From Chiloscyllium plagiosum (lineage: Eukaryota), in NCBI RefSeq assembly GCF_004010195.1, contig NC_057718.1:98687646-98714766 (forward strand): a stretch of DNA of 27,121 bases. The letters run 5' to 3'. The notes under the pieces were generated by a model. That model was not told the origin of the DNA. It did no database searches and saw nothing but the letters and a program-made list of their open reading frames with translations. The position numbers and the translations under genes are program-made. Positions 1 through 9,682 of this stretch are shown here, in pieces. Each line of letters begins with the position of its first letter. The first letter of the stretch is position 1.

Positions 1-11
1 TGGTGTTTTTG

Positions 12-14
<3 letters not shown>

Positions 15-42
<28 letters not shown>
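15..42. repeat. (CT)n microsatellite
   Basis: Pure CT dinucleotide run visible in the sequence. Confidence 0.95.
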
Positions 43-46
<4 letters not shown>

Positions 47-139
47 GATATAGTTATACAGTAGACATTAGAACTAAAGTGTTATCAATATGTTTTAGAA
101 GGGAACACTTCAAAGCTGTACCTCAGAACCAGAAAGCCA

Positions 140-420
140 TGCAGAGTGATGCCAACAGTGTGGGTTCAATTCCTACACCAGATGAGGTTACCATGAAGAT
201 CCTGCCTTCTCAACACCTCCTTTATTGGTGGAAGGTGGAATTAGTGTAGACTTAGTGTAGCTTATACAGTGTGAACTTGATGGGCTGAGAGGTCTCTTCT
301 GCAATCTATGATTCTATGATTCCCCTTGCTTTGAGGTGCGGGGTGACCCTGAGATTAAATTCACCTCCAGTCCTTTGTCTCGCTCTCTCCCTAGTGAGAG
401 AGTGGGACTATGGCGACTTG
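140..420 (+). mobile_element. Degenerate tRNA-derived SINE interrupted by a short CR1-type 3' tail (~222-321)
   Basis: B-box-like GGGTTCAATTCC near 162-173. The inserted piece ends in the CR1-type tail CTATGATTCTATGAT. Family assignment is from recall only. Confidence 0.5.
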
Positions 421-502
421 GTTTTTTGTTCAGCCATGTACAGTACTTATACACTGAAGACCCACTAAGTTCAGGTTTGCTATCAGACAAGTATGATAGC
501 CA

Positions 503-626
503 TGATAAGGAGGTTCCAGTGCTGGACTGGGCTGGACAAAGTCAGAAGTCACACAACACCAGGTTATAGTCCAACAGGTTTATTTAAAATCACAAGCTCT
601 CGGAGCGCTGCTCCTTTGTCACCTGA
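503..626 (-). mobile_element. Penelope-like element terminal (pLTR) remnant, family B
   Basis: Similar to 14571-14690 (TCACACAACACCAGGTTATAGTCCAACAG...GGAGCGCTGCTCC). The hammerhead core is degenerate. Confidence 0.7.
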
Positions 627-1140
627 TATATAGCACTTAATTTTAAATACTGCAAGATATACAGGTACAGTTATGTGTGTGTAATATATATGTATATATA
701 CATTGCATGTAATTATATGCAATGCAAGATGTACACACAGGGATGTTTATGTCTATATAAACATATATAGGTGATATATATATATACACATAGAGCACCT
801 ATTTATACTATAATGCACACACAGATATTTATATAAAGATATGTGTGTGATTTCTATGCTGCAAGAGATATACACACATATGTATATATATATAAACATC
901 TTGCATCTAATTATATATACTGCAAGGTATATACACGGGTATGGATATATATAAACATACATATGTGTAATACGTATAGCATCTAATTATATATGCTGCA
1001 CCATATACACAGAGATATATGTATATATAAATTATGTGATCTGTATATTGCCCCTAATTATGTATACTGCAAGATATACACAGACAGATATGTATATATA
1101 AACATATATATGTGTGAGATATATACATAGAGAGAGAACC
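627..1140. repeat. AT/AC-rich degenerate minisatellite (~70-bp period) in the ANKEF1 intron
   Basis: Motif CTAATTATATATRCTGCAAGATATACAC recurs at about 645, 710, 855, 907, 983 and 1054 among (TA)n/(CA)n runs. Confidence 0.8.
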
Positions 1141-1230
1141 TAATTGGACCAAAACCTGCTGGTTTTCATTTTATAAATGCATGCTTTGTGTTTTAACAGA
1201 GGCATAAGGGCATTAGCAGCCACACTTTAC

Positions 1231-1579
1231 CTTTGCCCTTCTTGTCTACGATGGACATGTCCGTGTTGGCGTCAGCCAGTACCTCCAGGACATTGTCGTG
1301 GCCGGCTTCAGCGGCGATCATCGCGGCGGTGCGGCCATCCTTATCCACCACGTTCGGCTCAGCCCCCAGAGAGAGCAGCAGCCTACAGATCTCCACATCG
1401 TTGGCCAGCGCGGCCAAGTGCAGGGCATATTCCCCCTGGCTGGGCTCACTCAGATTCACCAAGTGCGGCACCCCCACGGTCAGCAGCTTCTCGATCTCGG
1501 CTTTGTTCCGCTGCCGGACGTACTGGATGAGTTTGTAAACCTGCAGGATCTGGAGGCGTCCTTCTGCAATGTTTGTCAT
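1231..1579 (-). CDS. ANKEF1: Ankyrin repeat and EF-hand domain-containing protein 1, first coding exon (exon 1231-1607; gene continues left of the window)
   Basis: The translation MTNIAEGRLQILQVYKLIQYVRQRNKAEIEKLLTVGVPHLVNLSEP...ALHLAALANDVEICRLLLSLGAEPNVVDKDGRTAAMIAAEAGH...DMSIVDKKGK matches my recall of the ANKEF1 N-terminus (MALADKRLENLQIYKVLQ...ADMTIVDNEGKG). Phase-1 donor AAG|GTAAAG has GT at 1230-1229. Acceptor TTTGTGTCCAG has AG at 1609-1608. Confidence 0.93.
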
Positions 1580-1587
1580 CTCGCCAT
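1576..1587 (-). promoter_or_regulatory. Minimal upstream ORF (M-A-R-stop) whose TGA overlaps the ANKEF1 ATG
   Basis: Minus strand reads GCA ATG GCG AGA TGA CAA, and the main ATG lies within AGATGA. Confidence 0.6.
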
Positions 1588-1876
1588 TGCAACGTCAAAC
1601 TTCCCTCCTGGACACAAACTTAAAATGAAACAATGAAACATTGAGAGGTTACAATGAAACTGTATCCCTTTCCACTACCAAAAGAAAAGTCTTTGCATGT
1701 TGCTTTTGACTTTAAACAACTTGCTACATACTTTCCTAATGCTTTCGCCTCCGCTCAGGGAGAATTTGCCCTCATCCCGAGTCTCTCAACTGTCTTCAGA
1801 ACACAACATACCCGGTCGGCAGAGAAACTCTTCAGTGAGAGAGACGGTGGTGGAAACTGGAGATTGAAACGCTTAC

Positions 1877-2060
1877 TGGTGTCCCGCAGTTGCCAGAGAC
1901 ACAGGAGGATGTGGGGGTTGGGATGCCGGAATCCTGAAAGGGGCACTCGTTGGGGAATGTGCCCCGGAGCTGCAGCACCGAGCTGGAGGCAGCACTCAGG
2001 AGACACAATAGAATGAAAGGGCTTTGGAGCCAAAGCAACATCTGCTCCCATAGCAACAGA
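1877..2060 (-). promoter_or_regulatory. Putative ANKEF1 promoter and non-coding first exon
   Basis: GC/CpG-retaining unique sequence with candidate donor CCA|GTAAGC (GT at 1876-1875) and X-box motifs nearby. The TSS cannot be determined from sequence. Confidence 0.45.
2044..2057. promoter_or_regulatory. RFX X-box motif
   Basis: GCTCCCATAGCAAC closely matches the X-box consensus GTNNCCATRGNAAC and lies ~470 bp upstream of the ATG of a cilia/flagella-associated gene. Confidence 0.6.
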
Positions 2061-2262
2061 ACGCGGCCACATCACAAATAATGCCAAATCACAAGGAAAT
2101 GGAAAAGGGTTTGCTTTCGGTAACTGGAGAGGAACATTCAAAGATTCAGCAACTTTAGCCAGAATGGGCAACTGTCAGCGGATATAAAGGACAGCTGCTG
2201 CTGAAGATTAATTTACCTTGGCACTGGGTAACTGGGGAACAGAAGTACCACTGTTTGAGGGT

Positions 2263-2520
2263 TTTGTGGTAGTGTCCCTACCTCTGAGCCAAGATTTGGA
2301 GATGCCGGTGTTGGACTGGGGAAGCTAGTGTGCTTCCAATTAAACCTGTTGGACTATAACCTAGTGTTGTGTGATTTTTAACTCTGAGCCAAGAGACCTT
2401 GTTCAAGTTCCGCCTGGTCTGGGGATTTATGGTAGTGCCCCTACCTCTGAGCTAGGAGACCCAGGTTCAACTCCCATCTGCTCTGGGGCTCTTGTTATTG
2501 TGCCCCTATGCCTGAGCCAG
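2263..2520 (+). repeat. Tandemly reiterated tRNA-like SINE head (about three copies)
   Basis: GTAGTGYCCCTACCTCTGAGCYARGAGACC...GTTCAA recurs at ~2269, ~2432 and ~2495. A further B-box piece at ~2792-2812 follows a CR1 insertion. Confidence 0.6.
2295..2381. mobile_element. Tiny fold-back-type PLE remnant (family B) with 13-bp TSD
   Basis: CTCTGAGCCAAGA occurs at 2282-2294 and 2382-2394. The interior matches both ends of the 14574-14871 element. Confidence 0.75.
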
Positions 2521-2524
2521 GTGT

Positions 2525-2790
2525 CATATAGTACAGAAACAGACCCTAATCTCAAGCTTCAGCCCATATCCTTCCAAAATTTCCTTCTTCATGTATTTAT
2601 CCAGATGTCTTTTAAACGTTGTAACTGGACCCACATCCATCACTTCCTCTGGCAGTTCATTCCACGCACAAACCACTGTGTGTAAAATAAAAATTGCCCA
2701 TTACCTCTTTCTAAAATCTTAATCCTCTCACCTTAAAAATATGTCCCCTTGTCTTGAAAGTGGAACCCCATTGAAAGTCACCTGCTATTC
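2525..2790 (-). mobile_element. CR1-clade LINE 3' fragment
   Basis: Reverse-strand similarity to the CR1 3' ends at 22372-22710 and 25330-25840. Confidence 0.75.
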
Positions 2791-3119
2791 ACCTGGGTTC
2801 AACTCCGACCTGCGGTGGAACTGTGTAATGACATCACAGACTTATGGAAAATGACTACGAGTGACTGGCCACAGGCACTCAGCCGGTCTCAGGTGCACAG
2901 GGAGATGTAACAGCTCAGTCCACAAAGTGCAGAGTCAGTGAGACAATCAGTGAAGGTTTATTTGGAGGAGGGGATGAGAACTCCCTGACACTTTCTCGGC
3001 TGCTGTCCACTCTTTCAACAAACTGTAAACAATCAGGCCAATTTGCATGTGGTTGGCACAGTGGCATGTTAACTATGGCTCACTCTGTCGCACTCTCACC
3101 TGTGAGTCACAGATGGTTT

Positions 3120-3250
3120 TTAAAAGATTATTCTGGGATGTGGGCTTCACTGATTGGACCAGCATTTATTGCCTGTCCCTAAATGCCATTGAGAAAGTGG
3201 TGATGAGCTACCTTCTTGAACCACTGCAGTCAATCTGAGTGTAGGTATAT
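3120..3250 (-). mobile_element. LINE 3'-end fragment (CR1/L2-type)
   Basis: Shares CAGCATTTATTGCCTGTCCC...CTTGAACCACTGCAGTC with 23550-23575 and 25870-25890. Confidence 0.55.
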
Positions 3251-4239
3251 CTGATGGTGGACAGACATTAAGAAAGCAGGAGTTGCATTCATCACTGCAG
3301 GATTCCAAGCCTTTGGCCTACTTGTGTAAAAACTGTACTTATATGTTGTAAAAAGCATGCACTTCTATATCCTTTGGTTTTGAACCATGGACTAAGAAAG
3401 GAAAATAACGCTTTAAACCAAGGAGACATCACAAATAGATGTTTCTGTTTATTGGAATACAGTGTAATTTCAATGCAACAATGGTAGCAAAAGGAGACAT
3501 CATGGAACCAAGGGACAACTGCTTCATAACAAGATTTTGATTAGATCCTGACCAGCTGACCATAGCTTGTGTGGAAGCACTGCAGATAAGAGCACTTAAC
3601 CTGCAAAGTATAAGCATCAAAAGAAATCTCTCTTTGTGTCTCTTATTTCAGTGCAGAGGTGCCAGAAAATGTGCAGTAACAGTTGGCTGTCTTCCACTCA
3701 CCTTTCCATGTAAATCTCCTGTTGAGAAAGGGAAAAATCACCTTCAGAAACTGTGAGTGAAAGACTGAACATTAGAGTGTAAACAACCTTCTGTCAACTT
3801 GAAAGAATTGAAAGGAAAAAAAAGAAAATAACACATTGAATCCTGTATTCCTGTCTGGTGCTATCAAGCTGTGTTTCCTTAATTTTTCTTTCTTTTTCCA
3901 TACTCAATAACCTTGTCTGTCTTTGAGTCTGTTTGTGAAGAAGGGAATTTAAAGTGGGTAGAACTTGAGTTATAAAGTTACATGTTAGCAATTCAAACTT
4001 CCTTATTGCCATTGGTTTACAATATCTTGTTCACAATAAACAGTCACATTTCTTGTTAAGTTCAGAAACCTGGTGAGTGTTTTCTTTTAACGTGAGTTCA
4101 TCAGTTAGGTAAATTGGGGACATTGGATGCTTTGACTAAGTCTTTTCTCTGTTTTGGTGGCCCAGGGAATAGTGAGTCTTGATTTCCAGCATACTATCTC
4201 ACAATTGCAGAATGCTGATAATAGATATTCATTTATATT

Positions 4240-4670
4240 AATGCCATTGAATGTCAAGGAAAAATAGTTACATCTCTCTTATGTGAGATGGCCATTGTGT
4301 GGCACTCGTGCTATGGATGATACTTGCCACTTGTCGTTCCAAGCTGGACATCATCCAAGTCTTGCTGCATTTGGGCACGGACTGCTTCAGTACCCGAGGA
4401 GTCATGAATAGTGATGAATATTGTGCGATCATCAGGGAACATCTCTATTTCTGACTTTGTGATGGAGGGAAGGTCATTGATGAAGCAGCCAAAGATGGTT
4501 GGGCCTAGGACACTACTCTGAGGAACTCTTGCAGTGATGCTCCTGGCCTGAGATGATGGACTTCTAATAATCACAACTGCCTTCCGTTTTGCAAGATATG
4601 TCTCCAGTCAGAGTTTAACCCTCCCCCCAATTCCTATTGACTCTAATTTTGCTTGGGCTCTTTGAAACCC
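4240..4670 (-). mobile_element. CR1-clade LINE reverse transcriptase fragment
   Basis: ORF 4311-4574 reads VPQSSVLGPTIFGCFINDL...MFPDD...QQDLD, corresponding to the PQGSVLGP and FADD motifs. Confidence 0.85.
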
Positions 4671-4679
4671 TTATCTAAG

Positions 4680-4985
4680 AATAATGGGTCATGCACCTAA
4701 AACAGAGGCAAAGAGGAAATTCAATTCTCATAGTATAATGAATCTAATAATAATAATAATAATAATAGTAGTATAATTACCATAGAGGACTTTTGAGGCT
4801 TGGTCAATAAGTATATTGAAAGCTGAGATGGGCAGATGGTTGATCAGTAAGGGAATCAAGGTCAATAGAGAATGGCAAGAAAGTGAAGTCAAGAATTATC
4901 AGATCAGTCACGGTGTCCTTGAATGGTGAAGCAGACTCAGTGCACTGAATGATGTACTTTTACCCCTAAGTCGTATGGTCTTATG
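4680..4985 (+). mobile_element. CR1-clade 3' fragment containing an (AAT)n microsatellite (~4746-4768)
   Basis: Similar to other CR1 3' ends and terminates in TATGGTCTTATG. Confidence 0.6.
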
Positions 4986-6070
4986 TTACCCCTGTCAAAT
5001 GTGGGTTGATGCTTGAGCCAAAGCTGTAATGAGGTCAGGAGTTGACTGGCCCTTGCTGAACTTAATGCTTAAGTCTTCCAAGCAATTTAACTATGAATGG
5101 ATAACTTCATAACAATGTTTAGTTCCATAACAGGGGCGGCACGGTGGCACAGTGGTTAGCACTGCTGCCTCACAGCGCCAGAGACCAGGGTTCAATTCCC
5201 GCCTCAGGACTGTGGGGAGTTTGCACGTTCTCCCCGTGTCTGCGTGGGTTTCCTCCGGGTGCTCCGGTTTCCTCCTACAGTCCAAAGATGTGCAGGTCAG
5301 GTGAATTGGCCATGCTAAATTGCCCCTAGTGTTAGGTAAAAGGGGTAAATGTAGGGGCATGGGTGGGTTACGCTTCGGCGCGTCGGTGTGGACTTGTTGG
5401 GCCGAAGGGCCTGTTTCCACACTGTAAGTAATCTAATCTAATCTAAACTGAGCATCACTAGGCAGGATTTTGTGAAACAAGTGCTGTGTGATTGTATTGT
5501 TGATGCCCTCTTCTATCACAATGCTGATGATCGAGAGACAGGTTGGTAATTAGCTAGATTGAACTTGTCCTGCGTTTTGTGTACAGGACATACCTGGGCA
5601 ATTTTCCATGTTGTCAGGTAGATGCCAATGTTGTTTCTGTATTCAAACAACTTGGCTAGGATCATGGAACGTTCAAACCATATTTCAGTCCTACTGCCAG
5701 AATGTCGTCAGGACTCATAACTTTTGCATTGTCCAGCACCTTCAGCCATTTCTTGATGTTAATTGGAGTGAATTGAATTGGCTGAAGATTGGCATTTGTG
5801 GTGCTGGGGGCGTTCAAAGGGTACTGGATTGGATCATGTCACATTTGCTTCAGCCATATCTTTTGCAATGACGTGCTGGATACCCCCATCGTTGAGCATA
5901 GGAATATTTGTAGATCCTCCTCCTTCTCCAATGAGTTGTTTAGCTGTCCACCACTATTCACAACCGGACGTGGCAAGACAGCAGCATTTAGATCTGATCA
6001 GTTGGTTATGGAATTGCTTAATTCTGTCAATCACTTGATGCTTATGCTGTTTGGCATGTGAGTATTCCTG
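4986..6070 (-). mobile_element. Continuation of the minus-strand CR1-clade LINE, interrupted at 5062-5446
   Basis: Same LINE family on both sides of the insert (…GGCCCTTGCTGAAC | ACTGAGCATC…). The sequence is degenerate. Confidence 0.6.
5133..5446 (+). mobile_element. Young full-length tRNA-derived V-SINE (HE1-type elasmobranch SINE)
   Basis: A box TGGCACAGTGG, B box GGTTCAATTCC, V-domain GTTTGCACGTTCTCCCCGTGTCTGCGTGGGTTTCCTCCGGG, CR1-like 3' tail and (TAATC)n end. CpGs are retained. Confidence 0.9.
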
Positions 6071-6640
6071 GGTCCATTGTTGTTTGTCATTCATATAAAC
6101 AATTTGGATGAGAATTCAGGAGGTGTGGTTTGTAAGTTTGCAGATGACACCAAAATTGGTGATAATTTCAACTGTGAAGGACGTTATCTAATATTATATG
6201 GGGATCTTGATCAATTGGGTGAATGGGCCGAGGAGCGCCAGATGGAGTTTAATTTGCATAAATGCAAGGTGTTGCACTTTGATAAAGTGAACAAGGGCAT
6301 GACTTACACAATTAATGGTAGAACTCTGGGTAGTGTTGTCGAACAAAGAGGCCTAAGGGTTCGGGTATGTAGTTCTCTGAAAGTTGCGTCACAGGTAGGC
6401 AGGGTAGTTAAGAATATGTTTAGCACGCTTGCCTTCATTGCCCAGACCATTGAGTATAGAAGTCAGGACACCATCCTCAAGTTGTACAGGACATTAGTGA
6501 GGCCTCTTTTGGAGTACTGTGTACAGTTCTATTTGCCCTGCTACAGGAAGGATATTATTAAATTGCTGGGACTGCAGGATTTGAGTTCTAAGGATAGGCT
6601 GGATAGGCTGATACTTTCCTCACTGGAGCAGAGGAGGTTC
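6070..6640 (+). mobile_element. CR1 LINE RT fragment
   Basis: ORF 6077-6643 contains INNLDE...KFADDTKIG...QMEFNLHKCKVLHF...LYRTLVRPLLEYCVQF. Confidence 0.92.
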
Positions 6641-7704
6641 TGAACAATGATGATTCAGCAGTTGCCATAAGATCATGTGGTGTGAGCTTGCTATTTTTAA
6701 CCCTTCAAATGTATGTGGAAGAAAGTTAATCATGTATGAGCTTGTGACAAGTGTAATGAGCAAGATGAAGGATCAGTTTCTTAAGGCTTCTTGCTTAATT
6801 CCAAAAAGCTGTTGGCTACTAGTTACGATTTCATTCCAATGGTTGTATATGCTTCCATAACATTTTTGTGAGTCACATTGTAACACCCCTTCAAAGGAAC
6901 AAAATTAAATACTTAAGATCATTTTAATAAAACTTCAATTACATATAACACTCTTTAATTCCATTCCAATTAATCACGTAACTCAACAAGATCTCATAAA
7001 ATATAAAACAGCAATTTTTCATTACTTTGAAAGGAAAGGTAATTTGCACTTCAAATTTATTGTTAATCTGCCTCTGTTAATTTGAAGTTATATTGTTTGA
7101 ATTATTAGACATTTTGGCATTATTTGCTTTGGTTAATTTAAAATACTCTGTTTTGTTTAATGCGGAAAATAACAGAACTACAAGGAGTTGATTGCATTAT
7201 AAATATTTGTGCAACAGAAAGGTGAGAGAATATTTAGGAAATAGTGGCAACTGCACCATAAGGTTTATATTTATCATGGAAAAGGATGTGGACCAATCCA
7301 GAGCAAGAAAACTGGGGAGGACAAATATCATTGGGAGAGAAGGGATCTGGCTCAGAAAAGATGTAATCTAAGATTGGCAGACAAAATTATGATGGGATAA
7401 TGTACTTCCTTTCAGGAAGAGATGCATTATCATGAAGAGGAAAGGTTGGGCGAAAAATCCAGTTCTCCTTGGATCCAAAAAAAGCTAGAAAGTGAGTTGA
7501 AGCCGAAAAAGATGTATATGATTTATGACAAGTGGATAATACAATTGAGAGCCATTGGAAGATTCAGCGGAGAAATATAAAAACAAATTAGAGAAGTGAA
7601 GAGAGAGTACGAGAGGAGACTGGCAGTTAACATAAAAAGGAGTCCACAAGTCTTCAGCAGGCATATCAATAGTAAAAAGCTGGAAAATGAGGAGTGAAGA
7701 TGAT

Positions 7705-8165
7705 TATCATAGAATCACAGCAGTGTGGAAACAAGCCATTCAGCCCTTTGAGTCCACACTGACCCTCCAAAGAGCATTCCACTCAGACCAATCCAGATAA
7801 CTCTGCATTTCCCTCTAAACCCATCGCATTCAATACCCATCCAGATGCCTTTGAAATTTGTTCCAGCCGCCACCACTTCATCTGGCAGTTTATTCCATAC
7901 ATGCACCATCCTCTGCATGAAAAGTTGCCCTTAGGTCTCTTTTAAATTTTTCATCTCTCACCCTAAATCTATGCCTTCTCGTTCTGGACTCCCCCACCCC
8001 AGGGAAAAAGACCTTGTCTATTTACCCTATTTGTCATGATGTTGTAAACCTCCATGAGGTCACCCCTCAGCCTCCGATGCTCCAGGGAAAACAGCCCCGG
8101 GACCTATTCAGCCTCTCCCTATATCTCAAACTCTCCAACTCTGGCAACATCCTCATAAATCTTAT
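7705..8165 (-). mobile_element. CR1 LINE 3' fragment
   Basis: ORF 7715-7918 contains QRMVHVWNKLPDEVVAAGT, and the reverse-strand tail is TCATAGAATCACAG. Confidence 0.85.
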
Positions 8166-8297
8166 CTTTGGACTATGGGAAGAAATCCACAGGGAGAACG
8201 TGCAAACACCGCAGACAGTCGTCCAAGAGTGGATTTGAACCCAGGTCCCTGGAGTTGTGTGGCAGCAGTGCTAACCACTGAGCCACCATGTCACCCC
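8166..8297 (-). mobile_element. Older, internally deleted V-SINE 5' part
   Basis: Reverse complement GGGGTGACATGGTGGCTCAGTGGTTAGCACTGCTGCC...GGTTCAAATCC...GTTTGCACGTTCTCCC, with CpG decay relative to the 5133 copy. Confidence 0.85.
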
Positions 8298-8399
8298 TGT
8301 TATGGAGGAGAAAGTGAGGTCTGCAGATGCTGGAGATCAAAGTTGAAACTTTATTGCTGGAACAGCACAGCAGGTCAGGCAGCATCCAGGGAACAGGAG

Positions 8400-8435
8400 A
8401 TTCGACGTTTCGGGCACAGGCCCTTCTTCAGGAAT
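8400..8435 (-). ncRNA. Minimal type-I hammerhead ribozyme (PLE family A), intact
   Basis: Minus strand AUUC-CUGAAGA-A-GGGC(CUGU)GCCC-GAAA-CG-UC/GAAU gives helix I AUUC/GAAU, helix II GGGC/GCCC, a palindromic ACGU in place of helix III and a GUC cleavage triplet. Confidence 0.85.
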
Positions 8436-9023
8436 GAGCAGAGAGTGTTCAGCAGGAGAAGATAAAAGGTAGGGAGGAGGGACTTGGAGGAGGGGCGTTG
8501 GAAATGTGATAGGTGGAAAGAGGTCAAGGTGAGGGTGATAGGTCGGAGTAGGATGGAGGCGGAGAGGTCAAGAAGAAGACTGCAGGCCAGGAAGGCGGTG
8601 CCGGGCTGGAAGGATAGTAAGTTTGCAGATGACACTAAAATAGGAGGGTTCCAATGAGGAACATTACCAGAAATTGCAGCAGTACCTTGATCGGCAGCAG
8701 AAGTGGGCTGAGAAATAACATGTGGAGTTTAACATAAGTAAGGGTCACGTCTTGCATTTTGGAAAGCCAAATCCAGGTAGGAGTTTAATAATGAATGAGA
8801 GGGTCTTAAGGAGTGTAGTGTAACAAAGGAAATTAGAGATCAGGTGCATGGTTGTCTAAAATTTGAGTCACAGATACACAGGACAGTGAAGAAGGTTGTT
8901 GGCACACTGGCCTGCATCAGGGCATTGAGGTTAGAAGGTGGGACGTTATGTTGCAGTTGTGCAGGATGTTAAATGTGTTGCTGGAAAAGCGCAGCAGGTC
9001 AGGCAGCATCCAGGGAACAGGAG

Positions 9024-9059
9024 AATCGACGTTTCGGGCATAAGCCCTTCTTCAGGAAT
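9024..9059 (-). ncRNA. Minimal type-I hammerhead ribozyme (PLE family A), core intact
   Basis: AUUC-CUGAAGA-A-GGGC(UUAU)GCCC-GAAA-CG-UC/GAUU, with a different loop II and one helix I mismatch. Confidence 0.8.
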
Positions 9060-9163
9060 GAGGAAAGTTTGTCCAGCAGGCTAAGATAAAAGGTAGGGAG
9101 GAGGGACTTGGAGGAGGGGAGTTGGAAATGTGATAGGTGGAAAGAGGTCAAGGTGAAGGTGAT

Positions 9164-9682
9164 TCCTTCGACTCCCTCCTTCGACTGACTGAACTGGTCC
9201 TCACCCTGTACAACTTCTCTTTCCAATCCTCCCACTTTCTCCAAACGAAAGGAGTAGCCATGGGCACCCGCATGGGCCTCAGCTATGCCTGCCTCTTCGT
9301 AGGGTATGTGGAACAATCCATCTTCCGCAACTACACTGGCCCCACCCCCCACCTTTTCCTCCGCTACATCGATGACTGTATCGGCGCCGCCTCGTGCTCC
9401 CACGAGGGGGTTGAACAGTTCATCCACTACACTGACACCTTCCACCCCGACCTCAAATTCACCTGGAGAGTCTCGGACTCCTCCCTCCCCTTCCTAGACC
9501 TTTCTGTTTCTATCTCGGGCGACCGAATCAACACGGACATCTACTACAAACCTACCGACTCCCACAGCTACCTGGACTACACCTCCTCCCATCCTGCCCC
9601 CTGTAAAAACGCCATCCCATTCTCCCAATTCCTTCGTCTCCGTCGCATCTGCTCCCAGGAGGACCAGTTCAAAATACGTACA
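9164..9682 (+). mobile_element. Penelope-like reverse transcriptase fragment (open frame)
   Basis: ORF 9137-9697 contains QTKGVAMGTRMG, FLRYIDD (YIDD at 9365-9376), LPFLDL, YYKPTDSHSYLDYTSSHP and FSQFLRLRRICS, all typical PLE RT/thumb motifs. Confidence 0.93.

Larger units (their letters stand above)
8307..9682. mobile_element. Composite PLE insertion: pLTR(-) 8307-8615, CR1 fragment 8616-8970, pLTR(-) 8971-9163, PLE RT(+) 9164-9682; 10-bp TSD
   Basis: CTGTTATGGA occurs at 8297-8306 and 9683-9692. The CR1 part begins SKFADDTKIG. The pLTRs match 23678-23935. Confidence 0.8.

Noticed and set aside
753..962. 69-aa Y/I-rich ORF
   Set aside because: It is a translation of (TA)n low-complexity repeat.
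1193..1230. C-terminal tail VWLLMPLCLC of the 128-aa ORF
   Set aside because: It is read-through into the intron past the GT donor at 1230, where similarity to ANKEF1 ends.
1177..1636. Plus-strand ORFs of 101-117 aa
   Set aside because: They are antisense shadows of the GC-rich ANKEF1 exon.
5140..5200. tRNA gene
   Set aside because: The A/B boxes belong to a SINE head that continues into a V-domain and a LINE-like tail.
6661..6674. X-box-like GTTGCCATAAGATC
   Set aside because: Only one good half-site, ~5 kb from the gene and outside a promoter-like context.
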